Assembly: GCA_041671645.1 (NCBI GenBank)
Contig: JBAZBD010000001.1
Span: forward strand, 412,890 to 476,889
Reading direction: 5' to 3'
Origin: Patescibacteria group bacterium
Lineage (GTDB): Bacteria > Patescibacteriota > UBA1384 > XYA2-FULL-43-10 > 1-14-0-10-43-13
DNA length: 64,000 nucleotides
Part shown: positions 9,937 through 19,085 of the stretch, piece after piece
Position numbering within the stretch: the first letter of the stretch is position 1
Layout: every line of letters begins with the position of its first letter
Program-made: the position numbers and the translations under genes
Notes under the pieces: model-generated
The model's database searches: none
Told to the model about the DNA's origin: nothing
What the model saw: the letters and a program-made list of their open reading frames with translations, nothing else

Positions 9937-10851
9937 ATGGATTCGATAGAAGTCAAAAATTTGGTGAAAAATTACGGTCGGCTAAAGGCCGTTGATGGTG
10001 TCTGCTTCGAAGTTCGACAGGGCGAAATTTTTGGGTTGCTCGGCGAAAACGGAGCGGGCAAAACTACAACGTTGGAGATGATTGAAGGTTTGCGCAAGCC
10101 GACTTCTGGATCTATCCTGATGCTTGGAACCGATCTGAGTCATGGGATGAAAGATGAAATCAAAGAAAAAATTGGTGTTCAGCTCCAATCATCCGCTTAC
10201 TACAATTTCCTAACACTCAAAGAAATACTTGAGCTTTTTGGCGGATTTTACCAAAAATCAATTCCTGCCTTGGAACTCCTGAAAATGGTAAATCTGGATG
10301 CCAAGGCAAACTCTCTGGTCAAAAATCTTTCTGGCGGGCAAAAACAGAGATTTTCTATCGTCGCTGCATTGGTCAATGATCCCGAGATTGTTTTCTTGGA
10401 CGAGCCGACCACCGGGCTTGACCCGATCGCTCGTCGACGGCTGTGGGACATTATCGTCAAAATAAAATCTCAGGGCAAGACTATCATCATCACAACTCAC
10501 TATATGGAAGAGGCGGAGGTTCTTTGCGATCGCATTGCTATTATGGACAAAGGCAAGATTCTGAAAATGGGGGAGACTCACAAATTAATTGAAGCGACCA
10601 AGACTCCTTACAAGATTAGCTTTATCTTGAGCAAGCCGGATGGCAAAGAAATAGATGAAATTGCCAAGTTTGGAAAATTAGAGAATCTGGCCGGCAAGTC
10701 GAATCACTATGAAATGCATCTCAAAACTCAAGACGCAGTCAACAAATCGATCAATATAATTCAGAAATTAAATCCAGAGTCGCTGACAGTGGGGCGTGCT
10801 TCACTTGAAGACTTATTTGTGGAGTTAACAGGTAAGAATATCGAAGAGTAA
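9937..10851 (+). CDS. ABC transporter ATP-binding protein (ABC-2/exporter type)
   Basis: Walker A GENGAGKTT, signature LSGGQKQR, Walker B IVFLDEPT. Start placed at MDSIEVKNL because the track ORF (from 9706) overlaps tRNA-Pro. Confidence 0.85.
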   Translation: MDSIEVKNLVKNYGRLKAVDGVCFEVRQGEIFGLLGENGAGKTTTLEMIEGLRKPTSGSILMLGTDLSHGMKDEIKEKIGVQLQSSAYYNFLTLKEILELFGGFYQKSIPALELLKMVNLDAKANSLVKNLSGGQKQRFSIVAALVNDPEIVFLDEPTTGLDPIARRRLWDIIVKIKSQGKTIIITTHYMEEAEVLCDRIAIMDKGKILKMGETHKLIEATKTPYKISFILSKPDGKEIDEIAKFGKLENLAGKSNHYEMHLKTQDAVNKSINIIQKLNPESLTVGRASLEDLFVELTGKNIEE

Positions 10852-10853
10852 AT

Positions 10854-11939
10854 ATGTTTAAACTTTTTCTGCCAGATTTGAAAATGTTATTTCGGAACAA
10901 GCAAGCCTCGTTCTGGGCCTTGATGTTTCCCCTCATGTTCACCTTCATCTTTGGGTTTTTCTTTGGCAAAGATTCTACTACTGGCAATATTATAGTGATT
11001 AATAATTCAAAGACGGAAATTGCTACCAATCTGGAGCAAACGCTGACCGATACAAAGTTGTTTGTCATAAACAAAGATTATACTGACATCGACAAGGCTC
11101 GCGAGCAGGTCGAAAAGGGAAAAATTGCTGCCGTTTTGGTAATCCCTGAAAATTTTGGAGCGCCAACGTCTTCTGCGCCAAAAACATTGCAGGTCATCGA
11201 TGATCCGGCCAATACAACGACCAACACCGTGCTACTTGGCTTTCTCGATAAATTTAATGTCGGCCTCACTTTCAAGATCAACAAGATCGAAGAGACTGCT
11301 TTCACCGTTATCGAGGAGAAGACAAACAAGAAGAGTTTGGGATATTTCGACTTTGTTTTGGCTGGTTTGCTTGGCCTATCTCTGATGAACGCCTCGATAA
11401 TGGGAATCGCCGTCGGTATGTCAAAGTATCGAGAAGACAAGATATTCAAAAGATTGACTACGACCCCGATGAAACCTTGGTGGTTTATCGTCAATGAAGT
11501 TCTTTCCCATTTGGTTCTCAATTTCCTGCAAATCACAATCATCCTATTTGTTGGGAAATTTGTCTTCGACGCTCATATTTATGGAAGTTTCTGGGTGATT
11601 TACCCGCTGGCACTTCTCGGAGGTGTATTGTTCCAGCTTATTGGTTTCGCTATCGCTTCTATCGTCAAAACGACCGATGCCGCTCAGGGCGCGGCCATGG
11701 CGATCACCATCCCGATGATGTTCTTGGGCGGTGTTTTCTTCCCAATCGATGGTCTGCCCAAATGGCTTTTCTCGATTGTGCAGTTTTTGCCGATTGCGCC
11801 ATTACTCCGAATGCTTCGGACAGTTGTACTCGAAGGTGGCTCAGTACTGACCAATCCAGCTAATATGATTATCGTACTATCGTGGATCGTAGTCTGTCTC
11901 TTCTTCGCTAGCTGGAAATTTCGTCTTAACGAAGAATAA
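10854..11939 (+). CDS. ABC-2 family transporter permease
   Basis: 361 aa; N-terminal TM, large periplasmic loop, then five TM helices (ABC2_membrane-like); translationally coupled to the ATPase. Confidence 0.7.
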   Translation: MFKLFLPDLKMLFRNKQASFWALMFPLMFTFIFGFFFGKDSTTGNIIVINNSKTEIATNLEQTLTDTKLFVINKDYTDIDKAREQVEKGKIAAVLVIPENFGAPTSSAPKTLQVIDDPANTTTNTVLLGFLDKFNVGLTFKINKIEETAFTVIEEKTNKKSLGYFDFVLAGLLGLSLMNASIMGIAVGMSKYREDKIFKRLTTTPMKPWWFIVNEVLSHLVLNFLQITIILFVGKFVFDAHIYGSFWVIYPLALLGGVLFQLIGFAIASIVKTTDAAQGAAMAITIPMMFLGGVFFPIDGLPKWLFSIVQFLPIAPLLRMLRTVVLEGGSVLTNPANMIIVLSWIVVCLFFASWKFRLNEE

Positions 11940-11975
11940 GATTGAAAGAGTCAAACATTTTGGATTCTCTTTTTT

Positions 11976-13457
11976 TTGAGATATAATATTGCTATGTGGA
12001 TGCGCAACAAATGGTCCGAAATCATACTCAAGCTTTCTCTGATTCCAAAAAATAAACTCTATGTACTGGTTGGTTCTGTGCTGGTCATTATAATTTTACT
12101 AGTTACAGTCGGAGTCAAAACTGTTGGGGCGATCAGAGAGAAGAATCGTTTGCGAGCGGTAGAGCAGGAACAGTCAAGCAACGACTCTATTTTCGAAGTA
12201 GAGAAAAATTCTGGAACAGAGGTCGTCCCAACCACAAATACTCCAGACGCATCTACCCAAACCACTGCTGGTGTAAATTCTGGGACTAGCTCAACCCCTT
12301 CTACGTCTAGCGGCGGCGCAACAAACAGCTCAGATTCTACGTCTAGCGGTGGCACGACAACTGTTTCGGATTCTACCTCTAGCGGCGATACTACCAATAG
12401 TAGCAGCTCTAGCAGTAGCGGAAGCTCTAGCAGCGGTACGGCGACTCTGTCTTCCTGTGGAAGTAGCTATTCCTTCTTTGATCACGATCCGACGGACATG
12501 TCAGAATTTGCCAATATCGCGCCGCTCGGCAATCTTAATCCCTCAGGTCACGTTTTCCCGACCGATCATATTTATTTTTATCATTCTAGCAATAACACTT
12601 CCACGGTCTATGCCCCAGGGAGCGCAACTGTGACTCGGATCTCGGCGAGCGAAAACCAAACTGCTGGCACGACCGATTATAGTATTTACTTCAACCCATG
12701 TAGCGAACTAGAAGTTTATTATCTGCATATTTCCACCATGTCGCAAAAATTGCTTGACGCTTTTGTTGCTCCTTTTTCCTGGGATAGTACTTATTCGACT
12801 GGCGGTAGCACTTACCGAAATTACGGTCGAAATGTCAATGTTGTTCTGGCGAGCGGGGAGACCGTCGGCACTTTCACTGGCCAATATGCCTTTGATATGG
12901 GTGCGTATGACACCAGGATCACCTTAAATTTTGTCAATCCAAATGCTCGTCTGAACAGCACCCACACTGTATGCCCGCTCGATTATTATTCTGACAGTTT
13001 GAAGGCGACGCTTTATGGCTATCTCGGGAGTAGCGCTAGCAACAAACGCACCGTTGCCCCACTTTGCGGTACTGTTGATCAAGATGTCGCAGGTACGGCT
13101 CAAGGCGTCTGGCTGCTTGCAGGAACGACGCAGGTCAATGGCGAAGACACTCATCTAGCACTGGTTCATGGCAATACTGACCCAACACAGGCAACTTTTT
13201 CCGTCGGTACTTCTGTCGGCGCAAGCGGACTCTCGAGCGGGGTCTACACTTTTACCCCCTCTGGTGGGTCATACAATAAAGACTTCAATGCTGTCACAGT
13301 AGATAGCGGACCGCAATGTTATCGGGCAGAAAGAAACGGTGCTCAAACTATTCTGATCCAATTAACTAGTGCCACAACACTTAAGATCGAGAAACTAGAC
13401 GGTGATTGCGATACTCCACGTAGTTTTACTGGCAACGAAACATCATTCCAAAGGTAA
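11976..13457 (+). CDS. Membrane-anchored extracellular protein with a Ser/Thr-rich tandem-repeat linker
   Basis: 493 aa; N-terminal TM; ~80-aa S/T/G low-complexity stretch encoded by ~36-39 nt tandem repeats (12290-12440); C-terminal globular domain without recognisable motifs. Confidence 0.45.
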   Translation: MRYNIAMWMRNKWSEIILKLSLIPKNKLYVLVGSVLVIIILLVTVGVKTVGAIREKNRLRAVEQEQSSNDSIFEVEKNSGTEVVPTTNTPDASTQTTAGVNSGTSSTPSTSSGGATNSSDSTSSGGTTTVSDSTSSGDTTNSSSSSSSGSSSSGTATLSSCGSSYSFFDHDPTDMSEFANIAPLGNLNPSGHVFPTDHIYFYHSSNNTSTVYAPGSATVTRISASENQTAGTTDYSIYFNPCSELEVYYLHISTMSQKLLDAFVAPFSWDSTYSTGGSTYRNYGRNVNVVLASGETVGTFTGQYAFDMGAYDTRITLNFVNPNARLNSTHTVCPLDYYSDSLKATLYGYLGSSASNKRTVAPLCGTVDQDVAGTAQGVWLLAGTTQVNGEDTHLALVHGNTDPTQATFSVGTSVGASGLSSGVYTFTPSGGSYNKDFNAVTVDSGPQCYRAERNGAQTILIQLTSATTLKIEKLDGDCDTPRSFTGNETSFQR

Positions 13458-13540
13458 CATTCCTCAAACAAAAAACCAGAGGAATCAATAATTTGATCGC
13501 TCTGGTTTCCTGCCCATGCTTCCTTGCATAGGGCTGGATA

Positions 13541-13570
13541 CTGCCTCGCGTGAGGCGGTTATTTTTTTGC
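13541..13570 (+). terminator. Hairpin plus T-run after the 11976-13457 gene (possibly bidirectional)
   Basis: GCCTC-GCGT-GAGGC followed by GGTTATTTTTTTGC; overlaps the stop of the convergent minus-strand ORF. Confidence 0.4.
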
Positions 13571-14092
13571 GCCAGTTTGGCGCATTTCCTGTTCGGTCAG
13601 CTCCCGAGGTGGCGCCGTAAGGCGTCTCTCATACTGGCTGAGAAGGTAGGAGATTGACAATCCGTCGACGTTGACCAACTCCTGTAGGCGAGTGCACTCC
13701 TTGCAGATTTTGACGTCATCTGGACTGCGACGCTGTTGTTTTTCGACGGTATCGAGCAGTTTGCGCTTATCTTTCTCGGACTGGCGCAATTTTTCAATAA
13801 CGCCGAAGAGGTCAGCTGGCTCTGCCCAGTATTTCTCGCTGTCGAGACAGTACTTGGCGACAAGACGGGCTGCCTGGACAGGGTCTTTGGCGATAACGGC
13901 TTTGACTTGGCTGTCGCACCAAGCTGGGTCGGCATCAGGGGAATAGAAAGATCCGAAAGTCCCAGTGCAGGCTGCAACTGTGACTGTCTGGGTCGGCTGA
14001 TCAGCAGCTTGGCAAACCTTGCCGGCTGTGACAGCGAGGAGGACTGGCAGGACAATGGCCGCTACCAGTACAAGGGCGAAGTTACGTAACAT
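13559..14092 (-). CDS. Secreted hypothetical protein (GC-rich islet)
   Basis: Start chosen at MLRNFALVLVAAIVLPVLLAVTAG (signal-peptide-like). Local GC is ~53% versus ~42% in the surroundings, so both strands carry long ORFs here. Confidence 0.4.
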   Translation of the reverse strand: MLRNFALVLVAAIVLPVLLAVTAGKVCQAADQPTQTVTVAACTGTFGSFYSPDADPAWCDSQVKAVIAKDPVQAARLVAKYCLDSEKYWAEPADLFGVIEKLRQSEKDKRKLLDTVEKQQRRSPDDVKICKECTRLQELVNVDGLSISYLLSQYERRLTAPPRELTEQEMRQTGAKK

Positions 14093-14254
14093 GTACGTTC
14101 TCCTTTTGTTGATTGGATCCGTGATCCTTAACATTATATTAACACAAAATTGATGTATGGTCAATGTAGCAGGTATCTCTGACAGATCTTGCGCCATTTT
14201 GAAATTGAGAATAAAATCTAGTTAATTAATGAGCTAGAGGGGATTGGAGAAAAA

Positions 14255-14923
14255 ATGTTTGGAATGAGCTTGTTCGCCACTAAAGTAATATTGTTGTCGC
14301 TCGGGGTTGTCGTCTTGGGCGGGGCCGGATATAGCGCCTACCATTATATAGCTACAAAAGATTCAGATAGTACTGTTGAGGCGAAGATCACTGGCGTGCA
14401 AGCAACGGCCAAAAATATCACAGTTACCGAGGCGAGGATTGATGCGGGTGCAGTAAATTATGGCACAGAAGAGAATATTGTCGCTGGCTATACGGCAACC
14501 GCTTATGTCAAATTAAATTCTACGACCAAGTTGTCAAAAGTGGCACTCGAAGAGCTCAAAGTTAACAACTTGAGCGCACTTGGCGATTGTACTACCAGCG
14601 AGAAAGATGCCAGCATCGACACCTTCATTCCTAGTATCGGACAGCGAGGTTACATAAGCTTCAAATTGAGCTGTCGGACCGGCGTCTCATACTCAGTTGA
14701 TAGCGTCCTAGCTACATCTGGCGAGTGGAGTGGTATGAAATTACTTAGTTATGCTGGCCTGACCCCTGGAGCCCTGCAGAGATCTCTGACTTTTGATGTT
14801 GCGGCCAAGTATGATGATGGGACTATTGCTCGGAAATCGTTTAATGGTACGATCAGCGGCCAGACATTGTTCAATGGTGATTTTGGCGCTGGCTCACTTT
14901 CGGGACAAGGTGACAGCTTCTAG
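14255..14923 (+). CDS. Membrane-anchored extracellular hypothetical protein
   Basis: 222 aa; N-terminal TM (VILLSLGVVVLGGAGYSAY), then a beta-rich extracellular region. Confidence 0.45.
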   Translation: MFGMSLFATKVILLSLGVVVLGGAGYSAYHYIATKDSDSTVEAKITGVQATAKNITVTEARIDAGAVNYGTEENIVAGYTATAYVKLNSTTKLSKVALEELKVNNLSALGDCTTSEKDASIDTFIPSIGQRGYISFKLSCRTGVSYSVDSVLATSGEWSGMKLLSYAGLTPGALQRSLTFDVAAKYDDGTIARKSFNGTISGQTLFNGDFGAGSLSGQGDSF

Positions 14924-14964
14924 GATTACAAGAAATAATATTTCGTAATAATATAAGGAGAGAA

Positions 14965-15249
14965 ATGAACGAAGAAAAAGAGGCGAAGGGCGAGAAGTGT
15001 TATTGTGGCTGTGGCTGTGGCAGCGACTGCAAATGTGGTTGCGGATGCGGCTGTGGAACTAGCAAGGTCAAGAAATGGCATCACGGTAGCGCAAATGGCG
15101 GTGGTATCTACTGTCTTGGTATGATCGGTGTGGCAATATATTACATCCAGCAAGTAGACGGTTTTGGACCGATTATTGTCGCTATTCTGAAAGCTATCGT
15201 CTGGCCAGCGTATTTGCTCTACAAAGTTTTCACTATGTTGCACATGTAG
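14965..15249 (+). CDS. Small Cys-rich (metallothionein-like CxC repeat) protein with a C-terminal TM helix
   Basis: 94 aa; CYCGCGCGSDCKCGCGCGCG (10 Cys in 20 residues), then the hydrophobic helix IYCLGMIGVAIYY...IVAILKAIVW. Confidence 0.5.
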   Translation: MNEEKEAKGEKCYCGCGCGSDCKCGCGCGCGTSKVKKWHHGSANGGGIYCLGMIGVAIYYIQQVDGFGPIIVAILKAIVWPAYLLYKVFTMLHM

Positions 15250-15274
15250 TTTTGCTTAGTTTTTAGGCGAATAT

Positions 15275-15321
15275 CAAACACCTTATATATGTGCCTGCCC
15301 GCCTCTGGAGGGAGGTGTTTG
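15275..15321. repeat. Degenerate member of the AAACACCT...AGGTGTTT palindrome family
   Basis: CAAACACCT-(29 nt)-AGGTGTTTG; the outer arms are identical to the perfect palindromes at 22836 and 46285. Confidence 0.4.
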
Positions 15322-15380
15322 CGTCTGCGAAGACTCTTTAACGGCTTGAATCGTTATCGAGTTTAGAATAAGATTTAAAT

Positions 15381-15935
15381 ATGTTCAAAAAGATATTGAT
15401 TGTCGACAATAATTCGAAACATACGGCCAAAATTGCCAAGCTTTTCTCTGGCGACGAGATTAGTATTTGTAAGTGTGAGGATTTCGAGTCAGATAAGGCC
15501 GAAACATTTGATTTGGTGGTTCTCTCGGGGGGAAGTCACACCTACGCCGCCGATAATGAAAAAAATGCATATTCCGCCGAAATAGAATTTATCAAACAAA
15601 CAAAGAAGCCGCTCATTGGCATATGTCTGGGCTGCCAACTGATCGCCAAGGCATTCGGTGGTAAACTCACAAAGCTCGCCGAGAAACAGAGTGGAATATT
15701 GGAGATCGCCAAAAGTGTGAAAAAGTATGAAGTTTTCGAATCACACAAATATGCCATCTCAGAGATGCCAGATGAGCTAGAAACCCTTGCCGAGTCCGAG
15801 ACCGGGCCAGAAATTATCAGACATCGGGCGAGACCAACCTTCGGCTTTCAATTCCACCCCGAAGTATTCCCGCGAAAAACCGATGGCAAGAAACTATTTG
15901 ACCAAGTCATCGCTCAAGTTATCAAGTCTGCTTGA
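15381..15935 (+). CDS. Class I glutamine amidotransferase-like protein
   Basis: 184 aa; nucleophile elbow GICLGCQL; FQFHPE near the C-terminus (catalytic His/Glu region). Confidence 0.7.
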   Translation: MFKKILIVDNNSKHTAKIAKLFSGDEISICKCEDFESDKAETFDLVVLSGGSHTYAADNEKNAYSAEIEFIKQTKKPLIGICLGCQLIAKAFGGKLTKLAEKQSGILEIAKSVKKYEVFESHKYAISEMPDELETLAESETGPEIIRHRARPTFGFQFHPEVFPRKTDGKKLFDQVIAQVIKSA

Positions 15936-15985
15936 AGCGAAATTAAATTAAGCATAATATTTAGTCAAATTTAATCAGGAGAAAG

Positions 15986-16738
15986 ATGGAGCCTACATAT
16001 AATTCAGCAGCAGAATCAGAGAATGAAGAGCAAGCCGTTGATTTTAACAAGTTATTTCTTGCTCAGCTTGGATCAATGCCGCAGAAAACTGGGGAAGACG
16101 CCGAGCACGAAGCTTACCATCTAGGAAATATTGGAATTAGCGAAATTAGGCGTGAGGCGGTTGCAATTATCTTTCTGCTGGAAGGGTCCAAGAATCTTGA
16201 GATTTGGCTACAAGACCCCGGTAATTCCGAGAGAGCATATTGGCATAATACCGCCAGGCTAGTCCTGAAAGATTTTCTGCGTAGCAAGAATCTTAAACCA
16301 GATAGGATGACAGGTGCTTCTGTTTGTCAGGATCAGAATGATCAACTTTTCATGTTACTTAACAGCGACGATGAATTATTTGATCTTTTTTCAGATGATG
16401 CGAAGGAAGGCGACATCGGCGAAGATTGGCGAGAATTGTTCAAGCGTTACCAAATCAAGAAAGTAGTGGGTAGAGTGGCAAGCAGGACAAAGGACGGCGG
16501 TATTGATATAGAGGGAGTCGAGATAATTGATGAAGACCTAATGGGCAACAGACGGGAGGAAGGCTTCCTAAGAGATTTGGCGAAAGAGTATGAAATGACT
16601 ACTACGCAGTACCTACGCTTCAGAACTATTGTAAAATCTGCGGAGGCCAAGGATTCGGATCACCCTGGCACTGCGATCCAGTATCACGATCTAGCCAAGA
16701 AAATTGTTGCAGGGGATGATAGCATTTTGGTGAAATAA
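15986..16738 (+). CDS. Hypothetical acidic protein
   Basis: 250-aa ORF; no motif recognised. Confidence 0.4.
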   Translation: MEPTYNSAAESENEEQAVDFNKLFLAQLGSMPQKTGEDAEHEAYHLGNIGISEIRREAVAIIFLLEGSKNLEIWLQDPGNSERAYWHNTARLVLKDFLRSKNLKPDRMTGASVCQDQNDQLFMLLNSDDELFDLFSDDAKEGDIGEDWRELFKRYQIKKVVGRVASRTKDGGIDIEGVEIIDEDLMGNRREEGFLRDLAKEYEMTTTQYLRFRTIVKSAEAKDSDHPGTAIQYHDLAKKIVAGDDSILVK

Positions 16739-16756
16739 CTAAAGTTAGGATCTTTC

Positions 16757-17065
16757 ATGGAAAAATTGAATAAAAATGGGTTTCTAAACGCTTTTGGTAT
16801 CCTGGTCTATGTTGTGCTGGTCGCGACGCTAATGCAAAACGGCGACCGACTCTTTGGTCAGGCAGACAATTTTGTTAGTCCGATTGCCTTTCTCCTTTTG
16901 TTTTCGCTGTCGGCCACTATTGTGGGTGGGTTAATGCTTGGTAAACCATTGATGCTGTATTTCGACGGCAAGAAGAAAGAGGCGGTTTCGTTGTTCTTGG
17001 CCACATCAGGATGGCTTGCCGGTTTTACAATATTGGCATTTTTTGTAATTTTCTTGATCAAATAA
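16757..17065 (+). CDS. Small integral membrane protein
   Basis: 102 aa; 2-3 predicted TM helices. Confidence 0.4.
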   Translation: MEKLNKNGFLNAFGILVYVVLVATLMQNGDRLFGQADNFVSPIAFLLLFSLSATIVGGLMLGKPLMLYFDGKKKEAVSLFLATSGWLAGFTILAFFVIFLIK

Positions 17066-17081
17066 TTGAAAAAATTAGAGT

Positions 17082-17663
17082 ATGAAAAAAAATTGCATTA
17101 TAATTCATGGCTGTCCATCAAACAGAGAAAAAGCGATGGATCCAGCGACCAGAACCTATGACAAACATTGGATTCCTTGGGCCAAGAACGAACTAATTAA
17201 ATCGGGTATCAGTACCCTGACGCCTTACATGCCAGATCCGTGGGAACCTGTGTATGAGAAATTCAAAAAGGAATTTGAGAAATACGAAGTGAATGAAGGC
17301 ACAATATTGATCGGTCATAGTTGCGGATGTACTTTTCTAGTACGCTGGCTGGGCGAGACAAAAAGAAAAATCCACAAATTAATTTTAGTCGTGCCATGGA
17401 AGATCGCAGAGGGATCGCCAAAATCTGAAATGGACTTTTATAAATTCCCGATTGACGGGACTATCGGCCGCAGAGTTGATCAGATTACAATATTTACATC
17501 GGACAACGACGAGGAGGGTGGCAAGAGAGGCGCGGTAATGTTTCATGAAGCCTTGGGCGGAGACATTATTAGTTTGCCGGGCCATGGCCATTATGTCTTG
17601 GACGATATGGGAACCGAAGAATTCCCAGAATTGATAGATATAATTATCAAGGATAAAATTTGA
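17082..17663 (+). CDS. Alpha/beta hydrolase, RBBP9/YdeN-like serine hydrolase
   Basis: 193 aa; IIHG...S; nucleophile motif GHSCG; C-terminal GHGHY; size and motif order as in PF06821-type hydrolases. Confidence 0.6.
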   Translation: MKKNCIIIHGCPSNREKAMDPATRTYDKHWIPWAKNELIKSGISTLTPYMPDPWEPVYEKFKKEFEKYEVNEGTILIGHSCGCTFLVRWLGETKRKIHKLILVVPWKIAEGSPKSEMDFYKFPIDGTIGRRVDQITIFTSDNDEEGGKRGAVMFHEALGGDIISLPGHGHYVLDDMGTEEFPELIDIIIKDKI

Positions 17664-18007
17664 GTATGAAAAAAAAGTTTATAATTATTTTGCATCTATT
17701 TGTCATGACTCTGGCCTACACCTCGCCATTTTGGCTAGATTGGCGTTTGATAATTGTCGGGCTCCTCTTATACTATTTGCAGATTTGGATTTTCGGCGGT
17801 TGCATCCTAACTTATGCCCAACACGGCCGATGGGACGAAACTTTTAGCGGGCAATCAATCGTATGGTTGGCTTCCAAATTCGGAATGAAATTTAGAATGA
17901 AAGCAGTCAAGAAGTTTTTGAGCGTTCTACCGCCAATATTTATAGCAATAGCCATCGTCTACCAAATACTGTTTCACGGCTCCGTTTTGGTATTATTTAA
18001 TTCTTAA
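17660..18007 (+). CDS. Small integral membrane protein
   Basis: 115 aa; three hydrophobic helices; overlaps neighbouring genes by 4 nt (operon). Confidence 0.4.
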   Translation: MSMKKKFIIILHLFVMTLAYTSPFWLDWRLIIVGLLLYYLQIWIFGGCILTYAQHGRWDETFSGQSIVWLASKFGMKFRMKAVKKFLSVLPPIFIAIAIVYQILFHGSVLVLFNS

Positions 18008-18598
18008 TTGCTGGGGGAAGGTCTAACCATGGAGAATAAATTTGAGAAAATCTGGGATTTGGCCATGCCTTACCTCAAGAAGGGCATTATGAAGGATTTT
18101 GTTTCTCACACTAAGTATGTCGTAAAGTCGATGGAGATGATTATTGACGGCGAAGGCGGGGACGAGGATATATTAATTCCCTCTGCCATACTTCATGATG
18201 TCGGCTGGTCGAAAGTTGATCCATCTCTGCAATTAAATGACGACATGGAAAAGAAGCGTGAGGGCCAGAGGCAACATATCACTTTCGCCAAGGAAATTGT
18301 CGAGGAGGTTTTGGACCAAGCAGGTTATTCCGAAGAAGATATTCAAAAAGTTGTGGGGATAGTCATGGCTCACAAATTCCAAGACCCAGAAGACAAAGAG
18401 AAGCAGATGTTGATCGATGCAGACAACCTCTCCGACACTTTCAAGGAGCAGTTTGACTCTGATGTTGTCGCTTATCATTCAACGCCTGAGCAAGTTTATG
18501 AATATAGAATGAATAATAAATATTACACGCAAACCGCCCAGCAAATCGCAGATCAACAAATGGCAAAACTAAAAGCTGAAATTAAAGATAAGATTTGA
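18008..18598 (+). CDS. HD-domain phosphohydrolase
   Basis: H...HD (AILHDVGW) and a downstream D (IDADNL) in HD superfamily spacing; start adjacent to the preceding stop. Confidence 0.6.
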   Translation: MLGEGLTMENKFEKIWDLAMPYLKKGIMKDFVSHTKYVVKSMEMIIDGEGGDEDILIPSAILHDVGWSKVDPSLQLNDDMEKKREGQRQHITFAKEIVEEVLDQAGYSEEDIQKVVGIVMAHKFQDPEDKEKQMLIDADNLSDTFKEQFDSDVVAYHSTPEQVYEYRMNNKYYTQTAQQIADQQMAKLKAEIKDKI

Positions 18599-19083
18599 GT
18601 ATGAATACAAAAAAAGAAGAAACATATTTAGACAGAAATGGTGATCCACACCAGAAGCCGACCGACATGGAGGTGTTGCATCGCGATTCTGCTTATGGGA
18701 TAGCTCTGAATGATGGTAGAGTCCTCCTCGTTAAATCACCCGACTTTGGCTTTTGGGTAATCCCTGGCGGAGGAGTCGAAGAGGGAGAGACGCTAGAAGA
18801 TGGACTGAGGAGAGAATTTTTAGAAGAAACTGGTTTTCTGATTGACGAGATTGGAGAATTGTTCTTTTCTGAGCGGCTAAGCTTTTATCATCAGAAATTG
18901 GATTCGTATTATGATTCGCACTGCAAATATTTCTTGGTTACGATGAAAAACGAGACACAAGATCTTGCTAAACTTAACCCTGAAGATGCGGGCGAAATTC
19001 GCTGGTTCGATTTATCGGGTTTTGATCTACGCATCTTGAATCACGCCAGCAGGAGAGCAGTAGAACTATTAATTAAGAATTAG
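18595..19083 (+). CDS. NUDIX hydrolase
   Basis: Nudix box GGGVEEGETLEDGLRREFLEETG. Confidence 0.8.
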   Translation: MSMNTKKEETYLDRNGDPHQKPTDMEVLHRDSAYGIALNDGRVLLVKSPDFGFWVIPGGGVEEGETLEDGLRREFLEETGFLIDEIGELFFSERLSFYHQKLDSYYDSHCKYFLVTMKNETQDLAKLNPEDAGEIRWFDLSGFDLRILNHASRRAVELLIKN

Positions 19084-19085
19084 AT

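Noticed and set aside
13597-14089. Alternative ORFs of 91-152 aa in three other frames across the GC-rich islet.
   Set aside because: High local GC suppresses stop codons. Only the 13559-14092 minus frame has a signal-peptide-like start and Cys-pair-containing mature domain. The others are low-complexity Ser/Ala/Arg-rich translations.
14926-15243. A 105-aa minus-strand ORF opposite the Cys-rich gene.
   Set aside because: It is created by the tgt/ggc repeat reading open on both strands. The + strand ORF has a start codon with an upstream purine-rich stretch, a coherent Cys-cluster plus TM architecture, and sits co-directionally before the downstream operon. The minus ORF translates to Ala/Thr low-complexity only.
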